Assembly: GCA_041937175.2 (NCBI GenBank)
Contig: CP166615.1
Coordinates: 3,648,001-3,712,000 of the forward strand
Length of the DNA stretch: 64,000 bases
Reading direction: 5' to 3'
Source of the DNA: Limnothrix sp. BL-A-16
GTDB lineage: Bacteria > Cyanobacteriota > Cyanobacteriia > CACIAM-69d
Position 1 is the first letter of the stretch, and every line of letters begins with the position of its first letter. A program made the translations under genes and the position numbers. A model generated the notes under the pieces. The model saw nothing but the letters and a program-made list of their open reading frames with translations, was not told the origin of the DNA and did not search any database. Below, one piece after another: positions 1 through 10,267 of this stretch.

Positions 1-507
1 AAGGCCAATGAGGTGGTGCAACGGGGCGTTTGCTATGTGCCGCAAATTGCCAACGTGTTTCGATCGCTCACGGTCGAAGAAAACCTGGAAATGGGCGCAT
101 TCATCCTAGAACAACCGATCGGGTCGCTGAAGGAACGGATTTTTACCATGTTCCCCCGATTGCACGAGCGCCGCCACCAGCGAGCGGGCACATTGTCCGG
201 CGGTGAGCGGCAAATGTTGGCCATGGGCAAGGCCCTGATGCTGGAACCGGCGTTGCTGGTGTTGGATGAGCCTTCCGCTGCGCTTTCGCCCATTTTGGTC
301 AACGACGTGTTTGAGCAAATTAAGGCCATCAACGGCACGGGCACTTCGATTATTTTGGTTGAGCAAAACGCCCGCAAGGCTTTGGAAATGGCCGATCGGG
401 GCTATGTGCTAGAAGCAGGGCGCGATCGCTTCACAGGGCCCGGCCAAGATCTGCTCAACGATCCAAAAGTGGCGGAACTCTACCTCGGTGGCGCTGCCGC
501 CCACTAA
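1..507 (+). CDS. Branched-chain amino acid ABC transporter ATP-binding subunit (LivF-like), 5'-truncated by window
   Basis: LSGGERQM signature, LLVLDEPS Walker B, ILVEQNA switch; LivF-type C-terminus. Confidence 0.9.
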   Translation, partial: KANEVVQRGVCYVPQIANVFRSLTVEENLEMGAFILEQPIGSLKERIFTMFPRLHERRHQRAGTLSGGERQMLAMGKALMLEPALLVLDEPSAALSPILVNDVFEQIKAINGTGTSIILVEQNARKALEMADRGYVLEAGRDRFTGPGQDLLNDPKVAELYLGGAAAH

Positions 508-842
508 CTAGGCCGCCCATGAGTTGGTTTGGGCGATCGTGATTTGGTCTCGGTCTCTCATCGCAATTTCAAGAGCCGTTGGCTGCGACCCAATGCCCGA
601 TCGATCGCCCCGCCAAGAACAGCCGTTGCTGAACCCACCGCCCCCGAACCTGGGCCTTGCACCCACAGATCTCGCCAGCCTTCTATACTGAATCTTTACG
701 AGATTTTTTCGCTGGATTTTCTGCGCTGGATTTCGCAAGGCATCACTGCGCCTTCCTCGTCAGTGTTCGCCCGCATCCATTGCATTAGCCTCCACGCATT
801 TGCATCCTTTGCATCTTTTGCATTTCATTGAGCAGCAAGCCT

Positions 843-1943
843 ATGTCGGTATTGGTGGCGATCGGTGTATTGGCGTTGCTGGTGTTCGTTCACGAATTAG
901 GACACTTCGCAGCGGCTCGGTTACAGGGCATTTACGCCAACAAGTTTTCCTTGGGTTTTGGGCCCGTCCTCTGGAAATATCAGGGGCCGCAAACGGAATA
1001 CGCCATTCGTGCCATTCCCCTCGGGGGCTTTGTGGGCTTCCCGGATGACGACGAAGACAGCTCCATCCCCGCCGATGACCCCAACTTGATGCGCAATCGC
1101 CCGATCGCCGATCGAGCCATTGTGATTGCGGCCGGCGTGGTGGCCAATTTGATTTTTGCCTATGGGGTTTTGGCGGCTCAATACGGCTTCATGGGCGTGC
1201 CCAATGGCTTCCGCTACGAAGCAGGGGTGATTGTGCCCCAAGTGCTGGCTCCTGACAATCCGGCCGGGCGAGCCGGACTGAAGGCAGGGGACATCGTGCA
1301 GGCGATCGATGGGCAACCCCTCAGCGCCGAACAAGAAAGCGTGAAGGTGTTGATGGAGCAGATCAAGGCCAGCCCCGATCGCCCCCTGAGCCTGGACGTG
1401 CAACGGGGAGCCGATCGCCTCACCCTCCGAGTCACCCCCGAGCTGGACGAAGCGGGCCAAGGACGCATCGGCGTGCAACTGGCCCCCAACGGCCGACCGG
1501 TCTATCGCCCCGCCCGCAACCCGATCGAAGTGTTGACCCTGGCGGCCGATCGATTCCAAACCATGGTGACCCAAACCGCTGGCGGCTTCTTGACCCTGGC
1601 GGCCAACTTCCGAGAAACCGCGCCCCAAGTGTCTGGCCCCGTCAAAATCATTGAATGGGGAGCCAACATCGCCCAATCCGATGCCGGGAACCTCTTTCCC
1701 TTCATGGCGCTGATCAGCATTAACCTCGCCGTCATCAACATCCTGCCCCTGCCGGCCTTGGATGGTGGGCAACTCTTTTTCCTGGCGATCGAGGCCCTGC
1801 GCGGCGGTCGGCCCTTACCCCAGGAATTTCAAGAAAACGTCATGCAAACGGGTTTGGTGCTGCTGTTGGGCCTGGGCATTTTGTTAATCGTGCGCGACAC
1901 CACCCAACTGGAATGGGTGCAACGGTTGCTGCAACAACAATAG
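843..1943 (+). CDS. rseP: RIP metalloprotease RseP (M50, PDZ)
   Basis: HELGH motif in TM1, PDZ region, NILPLPALDGG motif; ATG at 843 preferred over TTG 828. Confidence 0.92.
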   Translation: MSVLVAIGVLALLVFVHELGHFAAARLQGIYANKFSLGFGPVLWKYQGPQTEYAIRAIPLGGFVGFPDDDEDSSIPADDPNLMRNRPIADRAIVIAAGVVANLIFAYGVLAAQYGFMGVPNGFRYEAGVIVPQVLAPDNPAGRAGLKAGDIVQAIDGQPLSAEQESVKVLMEQIKASPDRPLSLDVQRGADRLTLRVTPELDEAGQGRIGVQLAPNGRPVYRPARNPIEVLTLAADRFQTMVTQTAGGFLTLAANFRETAPQVSGPVKIIEWGANIAQSDAGNLFPFMALISINLAVINILPLPALDGGQLFFLAIEALRGGRPLPQEFQENVMQTGLVLLLGLGILLIVRDTTQLEWVQRLLQQQ

Positions 1944-2051
1944 GCTCGCCAATCCAATCAGCTCGCCTAGACCACATCAGCCAACCCAGCCCAAGGATTG
2001 ACTCCATTCAGGCCCCAAAAGCCAACAGCTAACAACTCAACAGCAAAAACA

Positions 2052-2081
2052 AAACGGGGCTAACCATCGTCGGCCCCGTTT
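2052..2081. terminator. Hairpin terminator between convergent rseP and petF
   Basis: AAACGGGGC...GCCCCGTTT inverted repeat with an A-tract on the left (U-tract on the minus strand). Confidence 0.7.
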
Positions 2082-2115
2082 CGTATGGGTTGGGCATTGC
2101 TACCCGAAGAAAGGC

Positions 2116-2409
2116 TTAGTACAGCTCTTCTTCCTTGTGGGTTTCGATCGTGCAGTCTGAAGTGGGGTAAGCAGCACAGGTCAGCACATAGCCCGCTTCG
2201 ATTTGATCGTCATCCAAGAAAGACTGATCCGATTGATCCACCGAACCGGCAGTTACCTTACCAGCACAGGTCGAGCAAGCGCCCGCACGGCAGGAGTAGG
2301 GCAGATCGAGGTTTGCCTCTTCAGCCGCATCGAGAATGAACTGATCGTCGGCGCAGTTGATTACCTTTTCGCCGTCGGGAGTAATGAGCGTTACCTTGAA
2401 GGTCGCCAT
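2116..2409 (-). CDS. petF: Plant-type [2Fe-2S] ferredoxin
   Basis: [16 protein letters not shown] and VLTC motifs, EEELY terminus. Confidence 0.97.
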   Translation of the reverse strand: MATFKVTLITPDGEKVINCADDQFILDAAEEANLDLPYSCRAGACSTCAGKVTAGSVDQSDQSFLDDDQIEAGYVLTCAAYPTSDCTIETHKEEELY

Positions 2410-3044
2410 GGTTGTGACTCTCTCTCTCGCGTAAAAACAGGGGCGGTATGGGGCTAACGCAACGGATTAACCGGGTCAATGGCGCAGCTTGCACGGGGTT
2501 GCCAACTGGCGACCATAGGATTTTGACTGCTGACACAACAGTCGCGATCGGGAGTCTCAGTCAACGCGATCGGCGGGATGCCCACTGAACCCTTAGTTAC
2601 GTTTGAGGCCACCGACAATTGAAGCCATGGGGTTAAGACATGGTTCAGCTCCGGCGTAGCCAACCTCGCCTTCTGATGTTACGAGAAATTTTTATTGCTA
2701 CTACGGATGAGCACAGGGATCCGAGAACGTTATTCTTAATCGTTTTTCCAGATTCGATTCTAATTACTTATACTTATTGGATATTTTTGCGAGAATCGAC
2801 AGAGTTTTTGTGGGTTCTTGGCTTAGTCTAAAGTCTTGAAACCAATATTTTCAAGGCTTTCCAGGCTTATTGTTCCGAGACTGCTTCGATTTATAACCCT
2901 AGCTAAAGCTTTGTTTTGAAATAAGAAATTTTTATAAAAACACCTCAAATTGTCGGTTTTCCGGCCCTTCCGCCACCCGAAATCAGCGCTAGGAGACCGG
3001 GGCAAAAGGCTAAGATCGGGGGGCTATGTTCGTGATCTGTAGTC

Positions 3045-4040
3045 ATGCTATTGGGTAATCCGGTGCGCGTCGGCCTGGTGGGCACGGGCTTTGTGGCAAA
3101 GTTGCGGGCGGAGGCCCTGTTGCCGGATGCACAGGGAGACTGGTTGGCGGCCAAGCTGGTAGCGGTGGCGGGACGCACACCGGAGAAGGTGGCGGATTTT
3201 GCGGCAACTTACGGGGCGATCGCCCTGGACTCTTGGCGGGAGCTGGTTAGCCACGCGGATGTGGACCTGGTGATGGTTTGCAACACCAACGCCGAGCGAG
3301 GGGCGATCGTGCGGGCAGCCCTGGAGGCCGATCGCCATGTGGTGACGGAATATCCCTTGGCACTGGATCCCAACGAGGCGGCGGAGTTGGTGGAATTGGC
3401 CCGATCGCGCGATCGGCTGTTGCATGTGGAGCACATTGAGCTGTTGGGCGGTGTGCATCAATCCTTGCGGACTTGGCTGCCCAAAGTGGGCGAGGTGATC
3501 TCCGCTCGCTACAGCACCATCGCGCCGCAAATTCCCACCCCAGGCAAATGGACCTATAACCGATCGCTGTTTGGATTTCCGCTGGTGGGGGCCCTATCTC
3601 GGCTCCATCGCCTGGTGGATGTGTTTGAAAATGTCCGCCAGGTGGGAGCTGTGGCCCGCTACTGGCCAGCGGAGGTGGAGGATTATCACGCCTGTTGGTG
3701 CGAAGCCAGGCTGATCTTTAGCAGCGGCCCGATCGCCACGGTCACCTATGGCAAGGGCGATCGATTTCACGGTTCCCAGCGGCTGCTGGAAGTGCGCGGC
3801 AGTCAGGGCACGTTGATTTATGAAGGCAATCAGGGGCAACTGATCCAAGGCGATCAGGTGACACCGCTGGCGGTGGACGGTCGGCAGGGACTGTTTGCCC
3901 GCGACACCCACGCGGTCTTGGCCTACCTGCTGAATGGCACACCGCTGTATGTGCGCCCGGAAGAGAGTTTATACACACTGCGGGTGGCGGATGCAGCGGC
4001 GCGATCGGCCCATACGGGCCGCCCGATCGACTTGCTATAG
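3045..4040 (+). CDS. bvdR: Biliverdin reductase (Gfo/Idh/MocA family)
   Basis: VGLVGTG Rossmann motif, EYPLAL, LHVEHIELLGGVHQ, WTY...FGFPL..ALSR as in cyanobacterial BvdR. Confidence 0.85.
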   Translation: MLLGNPVRVGLVGTGFVAKLRAEALLPDAQGDWLAAKLVAVAGRTPEKVADFAATYGAIALDSWRELVSHADVDLVMVCNTNAERGAIVRAALEADRHVVTEYPLALDPNEAAELVELARSRDRLLHVEHIELLGGVHQSLRTWLPKVGEVISARYSTIAPQIPTPGKWTYNRSLFGFPLVGALSRLHRLVDVFENVRQVGAVARYWPAEVEDYHACWCEARLIFSSGPIATVTYGKGDRFHGSQRLLEVRGSQGTLIYEGNQGQLIQGDQVTPLAVDGRQGLFARDTHAVLAYLLNGTPLYVRPEESLYTLRVADAAARSAHTGRPIDLL

Positions 4041-4090
4041 AACTTGCTTGCAGAGAATTCGACAAAACCGGCAACTATCGGCAATTGTCT

Positions 4091-4825
4091 ATGTCCTCTC
4101 GTCCTGAATCTGTTAGCTCTGAATCTGTTAGCCCTGAATCTGTTCACCCTGAATCTGTGAGTGCTGAGCCTTTTAGTTCTAAATCCTTTAATTCTGGCTC
4201 CTGTGGCCCCGATCCAGAACAGCCCTATCCCATGCCAGGTCAAGGGCGCTTGGTTTATTTGAAGCCTTTAATTAAAAACCCTCAGATCGTCGTGGGCGAC
4301 TACACTTACTACGATGATCCCGCCGGGCCGGAACGCTTTGAAGCCAATGTGCTCTACCACTTTGACTTCATTGGCGACAAACTGCGAATCGGCAAGTTTT
4401 GTTCGATCGCCGCCGAGTGCAAATTCATCATGAACGGTGGCAACCATCGCACCGATTGGTTCACCAACTATCCCTTTCCCGTGTTTGGCCATGGTTGGGA
4501 AACCGCCATGCCCGACGACTGGCCCCACAAGGGCGACACAGTGATCGGCAATGACGTGTGGTTGGGCTATGGGGTGACGATTATGCCAGGGGTGCAAATT
4601 GGGGATGGGGCGATCGTGGCGACGGGGGCAGTGGTGACCCGATCGGTTGATCCTTACACGATCGTGGGTGGCAATCCGGCCCAACCCATTCGGAAGCGGT
4701 TTGATCAGGAAACGATCGCCGCGCTGCTAGAAATTCGCTGGTGGGATTGGGAGATTGCCAAAATCACCCGCAATTTGCCCGCCATCTGTGGTGGCGATTT
4801 AGCAGCGCTGCGATCGGCCCAATAG
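4091..4825 (+). CDS. Vat/CatB-family xenobiotic O-acetyltransferase (hexapeptide repeat)
   Basis: GDYTYYDD, IGKFCSIA, FIMNGGNH, YPF, KGDTVIGNDVWLG, IRWWDW; start uncertain (ATG 4091 or 4232). Confidence 0.85.
   Translation: MSSRPESVSSESVSPESVHPESVSAEPFSSKSFNSGSCGPDPEQPYPMPGQGRLVYLKPLIKNPQIVVGDYTYYDDPAGPERFEANVLYHFDFIGDKLRIGKFCSIAAECKFIMNGGNHRTDWFTNYPFPVFGHGWETAMPDDWPHKGDTVIGNDVWLGYGVTIMPGVQIGDGAIVATGAVVTRSVDPYTIVGGNPAQPIRKRFDQETIAALLEIRWWDWEIAKITRNLPAICGGDLAALRSAQ
4104..4168 (+). repeat. 15-bp tandem repeat (CTGAATCTGTTAGCY-like) x4 plus partial
   Basis: Visible repeat; encodes (P/S)ESVx at the acetyltransferase N-terminus. Confidence 0.85.
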
Positions 4826-4930
4826 CAATAGCCCAATAGCACCGGCCCAATAACCACCCTCGATCGGCTCATGGTCATGGCCATCATGGGGCGATCGCCC
4901 ACGCTGAAAACCAGAAACCGCTAAAAAACC

Positions 4931-5572
4931 TCAAGGAAGTGCGTCTTTCAGCGCCGTGCGAGCCGCCAGGTGGTTGCGCGTTGAACTCAGAATTTCGGCT
5001 TCCCGTTGCAGGCGCACCGCCGTATCTTGCATTTCCAGCAGGGCCTGTTGTTCCGCCGCCACGCCATAGAGCTTGGCCGCAACCCAGTAGGACAATTCCG
5101 TGGGCAGGGTGGGAATTTCGTCCGGTAGCTCAATTTCCCGATCGGACAGTTTGGCCGACAACCGCACCACGTCCTTCAGCAGGGTTTCCACTTCCCCGGC
5201 CAACCCATACAGATCATCACTGGGGGGATCATCTTGGATCCATTCCACCAAGCCAACGCGGTAGGGCTTGTCGCGCACATATTCCAAGAGCCGAAAGCGC
5301 TGTTGGCCGAGGGTCAACATCTTCAGCCGGCCATCGGGTAACCGTTGATAGCGCAGGACTTCCGCACAACAACCAATGGTGGCAATTTCGCCGCTTTGTT
5401 CATCGGACATCAACACCCCAAACCGTCGATCGGTTTCCAGGATGGTGTTCATCATGATCCGATAGCGATATTCAAAAATGTGCAGCGGCAGGGGTTGTCC
5501 TGGAAACAACACAAGGTCGTTAAGGGGGAACAACGGCAGTTCACGGACGGCGATCGAGGACGGAGAACCCAT
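4931..5572 (-). CDS. LON peptidase substrate-binding domain protein
   Basis: ELPLFPL..LVLFPG..LPLHIFE.RYR.M motif. Confidence 0.88.
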   Translation of the reverse strand: MGSPSSIAVRELPLFPLNDLVLFPGQPLPLHIFEYRYRIMMNTILETDRRFGVLMSDEQSGEIATIGCCAEVLRYQRLPDGRLKMLTLGQQRFRLLEYVRDKPYRVGLVEWIQDDPPSDDLYGLAGEVETLLKDVVRLSAKLSDREIELPDEIPTLPTELSYWVAAKLYGVAAEQQALLEMQDTAVRLQREAEILSSTRNHLAARTALKDALP

Positions 5573-5679
5573 CGGCAAAAAGCTGAGAGAGTGAACAAAG
5601 CCGCCGCAAACCGCAATGGCGGGCGGATGCTGGCAGCCCCTAGTCTATCGCACTGGGCGGGTACTGGACGGTTTCGCCC

Positions 5680-6300
5680 CTAGGCCTTGGCTCGTTGATA
5701 GTGCCAGATCAACACAGCCAAGGCATTGGTGGTGATGTGGGCAATGGTGGGAACCAGCAAATTACTCGTCCACCAAGCACTGCCGCAGAGAATAGCCCCG
5801 GTGATGCCGGCCCAAGCGGCATAGGGCCAGTGCTTGCGTCCTGCCAAATGCAGCCAACCAAAGCAAAGGCTAGATCCCAACAGGGCCAGCCAGTCAGCGC
5901 CCAAGCCGGGAAACATCACTCCCCGAAAGAACAGTTCTTCGCTGGCTCCGGGCAACAAGCCCACCCACAGTGCATCCCAGGGCAAGAGGGAAGGCATCAG
6001 CCAGTTGAGATAGGCCTGGGCGCTGCGACGATATCCGGGCCAAACCAGGGCGATCGCGCCGCTGAGGCCGGTGATGGCGAGGCCTAGCCCCAGCCCGATC
6101 GCCGCCTCAGACCAAGACCACACCACGGGCCAGCGCTGCACTTGGCCCAACCAGAGCCACAGTTGCGCCCCTCCCCAAAAGGCCAGGGCCGTGAGGGCGA
6201 TCGTCATCAAAAGCTGCGATCGCTCTAGGGGTTCTAGATCCAAATCCTCAAAATCATTCACAGGGCTTGACGGGGCGGGGCGGGGATGGAGCGAGGGCAA
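5680..6300 (-). CDS. CPBP (Abi/CAAX) family intramembrane glutamic endopeptidase
   Basis: EELFFRG, FGWLH and AHITTN motifs; multiple TM helices. Confidence 0.85.
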   Translation of the reverse strand: MPSLHPRPAPSSPVNDFEDLDLEPLERSQLLMTIALTALAFWGGAQLWLWLGQVQRWPVVWSWSEAAIGLGLGLAITGLSGAIALVWPGYRRSAQAYLNWLMPSLLPWDALWVGLLPGASEELFFRGVMFPGLGADWLALLGSSLCFGWLHLAGRKHWPYAAWAGITGAILCGSAWWTSNLLVPTIAHITTNALAVLIWHYQRAKA

Positions 6301-6351
6301 GGGTGCATGAAAAATGGCTCTGAAGGGCGAATCAACGGCGATGGATGGCGC

Positions 6352-7440
6352 TTAATCCCCAGGCGAATCAACCGTTGGTAATAACGGCATGATTGGACTG
6401 GATCGCAAGGCATCGGGCCAGAGGCCGGCCCGGCGGGCCGTGAGCCAACCGATCGCCTCTAAGTATGATCGCACCCGTGTGGCTCGCAAATTCAGCGCTT
6501 CGGGGGGGACTTGCATCGCTGTGGCGTTGTCGTCCACCGCGAGGATATCGGCCCCGGCAGCGGCCCAATGTAAAACGGCCGCGCCACCACAGGCACTGGT
6601 GGGCGTAATCACCACGTCGATCGAGTTGCGGGTGATGTCTAAGGGTTGCCATTGGGCCCAATCGCGCAGGAGTTGAGGCGATCGCCACAGGCCCGCCAGC
6701 ACGCAGGGCAGGAAAGTATGGCCCAATTCTTCGGCGGCCGATCGCGGGGCCAAGTCTGCCGCTGGGGGGCCGCTGACCAAGGCCGGCGCATGGGCACAGG
6801 GCACGGCAAATTCCCGCACCACCAAATGGCTGATCACCGCTTCGGCTCCAGCGATCGGATCCACTCCCCGGCCTTGACGATAGGCGGTGGTTAGGGGGGT
6901 GTCTTCGTCGGGAAAACGGGCCACCACGGCGATCGCCTCGGCTCCGGCTTCGATCGCCCGTTCCGCAGCCCTCAGCAGGCTGGCGGGCTGGGCAATGGTG
7001 CCCCAAGAGGCTCCGGAAGCGGAAATTTTGAGGGCCACTCCCAGGGGGCGATCGGTCACAATCGCCGCCATCACATCAATGCCCAAGGTGGCCCGGGCCG
7101 CATCGGCCGCTTGCAGTTGCCGCCGCTGCAATTCCGGCTCAATAGCCCGATCCAAAATCAGAGCGATCCGGTTTTGGCGCACCGGCCGCAGCCCCCAATC
7201 GCCCGCCGCGAGCCGATCGAGCGCATAGCCCTCCACATAGAGCGTATTGGGCAACGGCCAATAGAGCATGGCCCCGTTCAACACGTTGGGATGGGTGATT
7301 AAACAATCCACCGCCGAGGCCATGGCTCGCGCCACCGGTAGCCCATCGCCTGCATAACCCCCGATCGTTGCACCAATGCCGGTGGGAATCAGCAAGACCG
7401 CCGTAAACGGGCGAGTTCGGTCAACGATCGCAGATTGCAT
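6352..7440 (-). CDS. DUF3326-type conserved cyanobacterial/plastid protein
   Basis: LIPTGIGA.IGGYAGD, ITHPNVLNGA, GVDPIAGAEAVISH, AAEELGHTFLPCVL. Confidence 0.8.
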   Translation of the reverse strand: MQSAIVDRTRPFTAVLLIPTGIGATIGGYAGDGLPVARAMASAVDCLITHPNVLNGAMLYWPLPNTLYVEGYALDRLAAGDWGLRPVRQNRIALILDRAIEPELQRRQLQAADAARATLGIDVMAAIVTDRPLGVALKISASGASWGTIAQPASLLRAAERAIEAGAEAIAVVARFPDEDTPLTTAYRQGRGVDPIAGAEAVISHLVVREFAVPCAHAPALVSGPPAADLAPRSAAEELGHTFLPCVLAGLWRSPQLLRDWAQWQPLDITRNSIDVVITPTSACGGAAVLHWAAAGADILAVDDNATAMQVPPEALNLRATRVRSYLEAIGWLTARRAGLWPDALRSSPIMPLLPTVDSPGD

Positions 7441-7606
7441 CGGGCACAGCTTGCATCAGACGTAGGACATGGAACAACAACAGCTTGGCCCCGGTCTCGC
7501 GCATCGGCCGGGCTTGATCCGGGTATTTGCGGGATGCAGCCGGGAGCCAAACAAGAGCTTCCGGTCTGAAGTTTAAGGCCTGGAGTTTAAGGCCAGCGGT
7601 GCGCCG

Positions 7607-7807
7607 TTAAACGTTCGACTCGATCGGTTCGCTGGTCACCATGCCCGTGGTCACGATTGCTTCCACATTGGCCAGATCATCCTCCACCTGGGTCACAGCC
7701 CAGCGCAACGGCTCACCCCGTTTTTGCAATTCCGTTTCGATCGCCTGGGGCAGCGCGATCGGCGACTCGTTCAAGTCAATCTCAAACTCGATGAAATGGG
7801 TGGTCAT
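7607..7807 (-). CDS. Small conserved hypothetical protein (MTTHFIEFEIDL...GEPLRWAVT)
   Basis: ATG at 7807, co-oriented upstream of the DUF3326 gene; resembles a small cyanobacterial family. Confidence 0.65.
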   Translation of the reverse strand: MTTHFIEFEIDLNESPIALPQAIETELQKRGEPLRWAVTQVEDDLANVEAIVTTGMVTSEPIESNV

Positions 7808-7989
7808 AGGATTGGATGATCCAAATTGATGAGAAATCGGCAAGCACCAAGGTGGCTGCCAAGGGTATTTCAAGGAAAAGAGCCTTGGATTGATTGGCGC
7901 AAGAAGTTCCAAACATCTCGGCAATCAGTCCCAGTCGTTGTCCTCTATCCTAGGCAGCTCTTGGCCCACCTGGGTCAACCGAGGTCAAC

Positions 7990-9270
7990 CTAGGCTGACT
8001 TGCTGGCGGCATACATGGACTCGCGCACCTGCACCATGGCATCCACCAACCGATCCATTTCGTCTTGGGTATGGAGCGCGTTGGCCGTGATCCGCACCCG
8101 AGGCTTGGCAATGAACCAAATCGGAGAAACCCAAATTCCCTGCTCAGCCATCAGTTGACGGGCGAAATATTTTGGGTTCATGTCCGGTGGCAACAACACG
8201 GGCAACACATTGGTTTCGCCCATCACTTCAAAGTTGGCCGCCGTCAACCGCGATCGCAAATAGCGGGTGTTGTCTTGCAGGCGCTTCACCAGCTCTGGAT
8301 GTTGGCGCACTTGGCGAATACTCTCCAGGGCGGCGGCGGTCATGGGCGGCGGCAGGGAAATGGTTCCGATCGAGGTGGGCGACACATTCATCAGCGGCTT
8401 GAATTCCGCCACATGGGTGCTGATGGCCGCGCCGGCCGAAGCCGCAAACTTCGAGAAGGTGGTCATGATCAGGGGCACAACGCCTTTGGCGATCGCATCG
8501 CTGGGCAAAATCCCAAAATGCTCATAGATGCCGCGGCCCGTGGGCCCCAGCGCGCCGCTGGCGTGGGCTTCGTCCATCAACAGCACAGAGCCGGGATAGC
8601 GACTGAGCACCTCGATCATCTCCGGCAGAGGAGCCACGTCCCCATCCATCGAAAACACCGCATCCGACACCACAAAAATGCGATCGCCGGGCCGCGCATG
8701 GCGCTCCAGCTTGCGAGCCAAATCCTGCGCGTCGCAGTGGCGGTAAGCCTTCACCCGCACATTGGGGCTATAGCTGAAGGTTTTGCCCGATCGCGTCCGG
8801 GCGTGGGCCAGGGCCGAGATGATGCAGCCATGGTTCAACACGTCCGACATGATCAGGGTTTCGCGATCGTGGGTAAAGCCCGGCACCTGAATGGCCAAGT
8901 GGCAAAAACCATCAATCACCGCCTGCATCGCCATCCAGGCATTCATGAACAGTTGCGTGTGAGGCAAATGCTTGAAGCCGGAAATTTCATCTTCCAGTTG
9001 GCGGTGCAGATCAATCCGACCACTTAACACCGAGCAGGAACTATTCGAGGTGCCGTATTGCAAAATTGAGTCGATGGCAGCCTGGCGCACGGCCGGGTTC
9101 ATCGTTAACCCCAGTACGTCATTCGTACAAAAGGTCAGCACCTCGAAGCGTTCCCCCGTTGTCGCCTCCTCAATTTCGACCCAGTTGCCCTGCTTCTGGT
9201 GGCAAATATATTCATCTGGATCGAGATCGCTCTCATACCAGCGCTGGACGTACTCTTTGACGACTTCCAC
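7990..9270 (-). CDS. PLP-dependent alpha-oxoamine synthase family protein (BioF/Kbl/SPT-like)
   Basis: NDVLGL, D.LNHGCI, DAVFSMDGD, DEAHASG, TFSK (PLP lysine), RVRIT. Confidence 0.85.
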   Translation of the reverse strand: MEVVKEYVQRWYESDLDPDEYICHQKQGNWVEIEEATTGERFEVLTFCTNDVLGLTMNPAVRQAAIDSILQYGTSNSSCSVLSGRIDLHRQLEDEISGFKHLPHTQLFMNAWMAMQAVIDGFCHLAIQVPGFTHDRETLIMSDVLNHGCIISALAHARTRSGKTFSYSPNVRVKAYRHCDAQDLARKLERHARPGDRIFVVSDAVFSMDGDVAPLPEMIEVLSRYPGSVLLMDEAHASGALGPTGRGIYEHFGILPSDAIAKGVVPLIMTTFSKFAASAGAAISTHVAEFKPLMNVSPTSIGTISLPPPMTAAALESIRQVRQHPELVKRLQDNTRYLRSRLTAANFEVMGETNVLPVLLPPDMNPKYFARQLMAEQGIWVSPIWFIAKPRVRITANALHTQDEMDRLVDAMVQVRESMYAASKSA

Positions 9271-9619
9271 AGGTTTCTCCTCGCCTCAAATTGCTGGTTG
9301 CGATCGATCCTTATCCGACCCAGGGTGCGATCGCGTCGTTGCAGTCACTGCCGCAGATTTCCCGCCAAAACAGCGTAGGAGGGGTTAGGAGTCGGGGGGT
9401 AATGATCCGAGTCTCCTTCCCAATCACTGGGCAGGGTGTGGGATTGCGATGGTTTCGGTGTATTGCGATTTGTTGCGCTCGCAAATTGCTCTTAACTGTA
9501 TCTCAGTTCGCGCCTGCTCTTGCAAGGGGCAATGGATTGGTCATGCAACTGGGCCCCTGTTTATACCCCGCGCGATCGCGCGCAACCCCCTTTGGGACAA
9601 TTCTAAAGATTTGTATTTC

Positions 9620-9633
9620 GTAACTCTTGATAC
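9620..9633. promoter_or_regulatory. NtcA binding site
   Basis: GTAACTCTTGATAC = GTA-N8-TAC, upstream of gifA, a known NtcA-repressed gene type. Confidence 0.75.
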
Positions 9634-9858
9634 AGAAATTTGCAGGATTTTTTCATCTGCGTTACTCTCAGAAGTAGGACAACGGCCTGAAACCGACCTT
9701 GATTTCTGACCCAGCGGAGCCAGTAACCAAGGCCCGATCGGGCCAGGGATTGCCGCCCACCCGGCGCAATGCCTGCATCGCCCTCCAACAGTCCGGGAGT
9801 TAATCAACGGTTGTTGTCGCTATAACCCTCAATCAGTTTTTCCTCGGAGGTTGCTCCC

Positions 9859-10050
9859 ATGTCTAGTCTCGACCGCGCTCGTGCCCTGATGACCCAACGT
9901 CACCATGCCGTTAAGCACCGTCATCAATCCCTGCTAGGCCGCGCTAGCGTCACCATGGGTCTGACCGCCGATGCGGCCAACCGCCTGACCCACATTCAAG
10001 GCAAGTTGGTTAGCGATAGCTATGATCGCAGCCCAGCCACCATGAGCTAG
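9859..10050 (+). CDS. gifA: Glutamine synthetase inactivating factor IF7
   Basis: 63 aa; ARALM..H..K.R.QSLL.RA...G...QGK....YDRS.A.MS pattern of IF7; GGAGG RBS; upstream NtcA box. Confidence 0.85.
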   Translation: MSSLDRARALMTQRHHAVKHRHQSLLGRASVTMGLTADAANRLTHIQGKLVSDSYDRSPATMS

Positions 10051-10231
10051 GCAAACGTCACGGGGCCAGGCGATCGATCGAGCAATCGATTCAGTCGATT
10101 ACCTGATCGCCCAGTTGATCACCCAGTTGATCGCCCAGTCCTGGTGCAGACCCAACCCACCGGCCCCCTGCTCCACAACAGGGGCGACTGAGGGAACCAC
10201 CGGGTCAAGCACAAAATCAAACACAAAATCA

Positions 10232-10267
10232 GCAGCGGGGCCGGATGTTTAAATCTGGCCCCGCTGC
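10232..10267. terminator. GC-rich hairpin downstream of gifA
   Basis: GCAGCGGGGCC...GGCCCCGCTGC inverted repeat. Confidence 0.55.

Noticed and set aside
8065..9027. 320-aa plus-strand ORF
   Set aside because: Antisense shadow of the alpha-oxoamine synthase.
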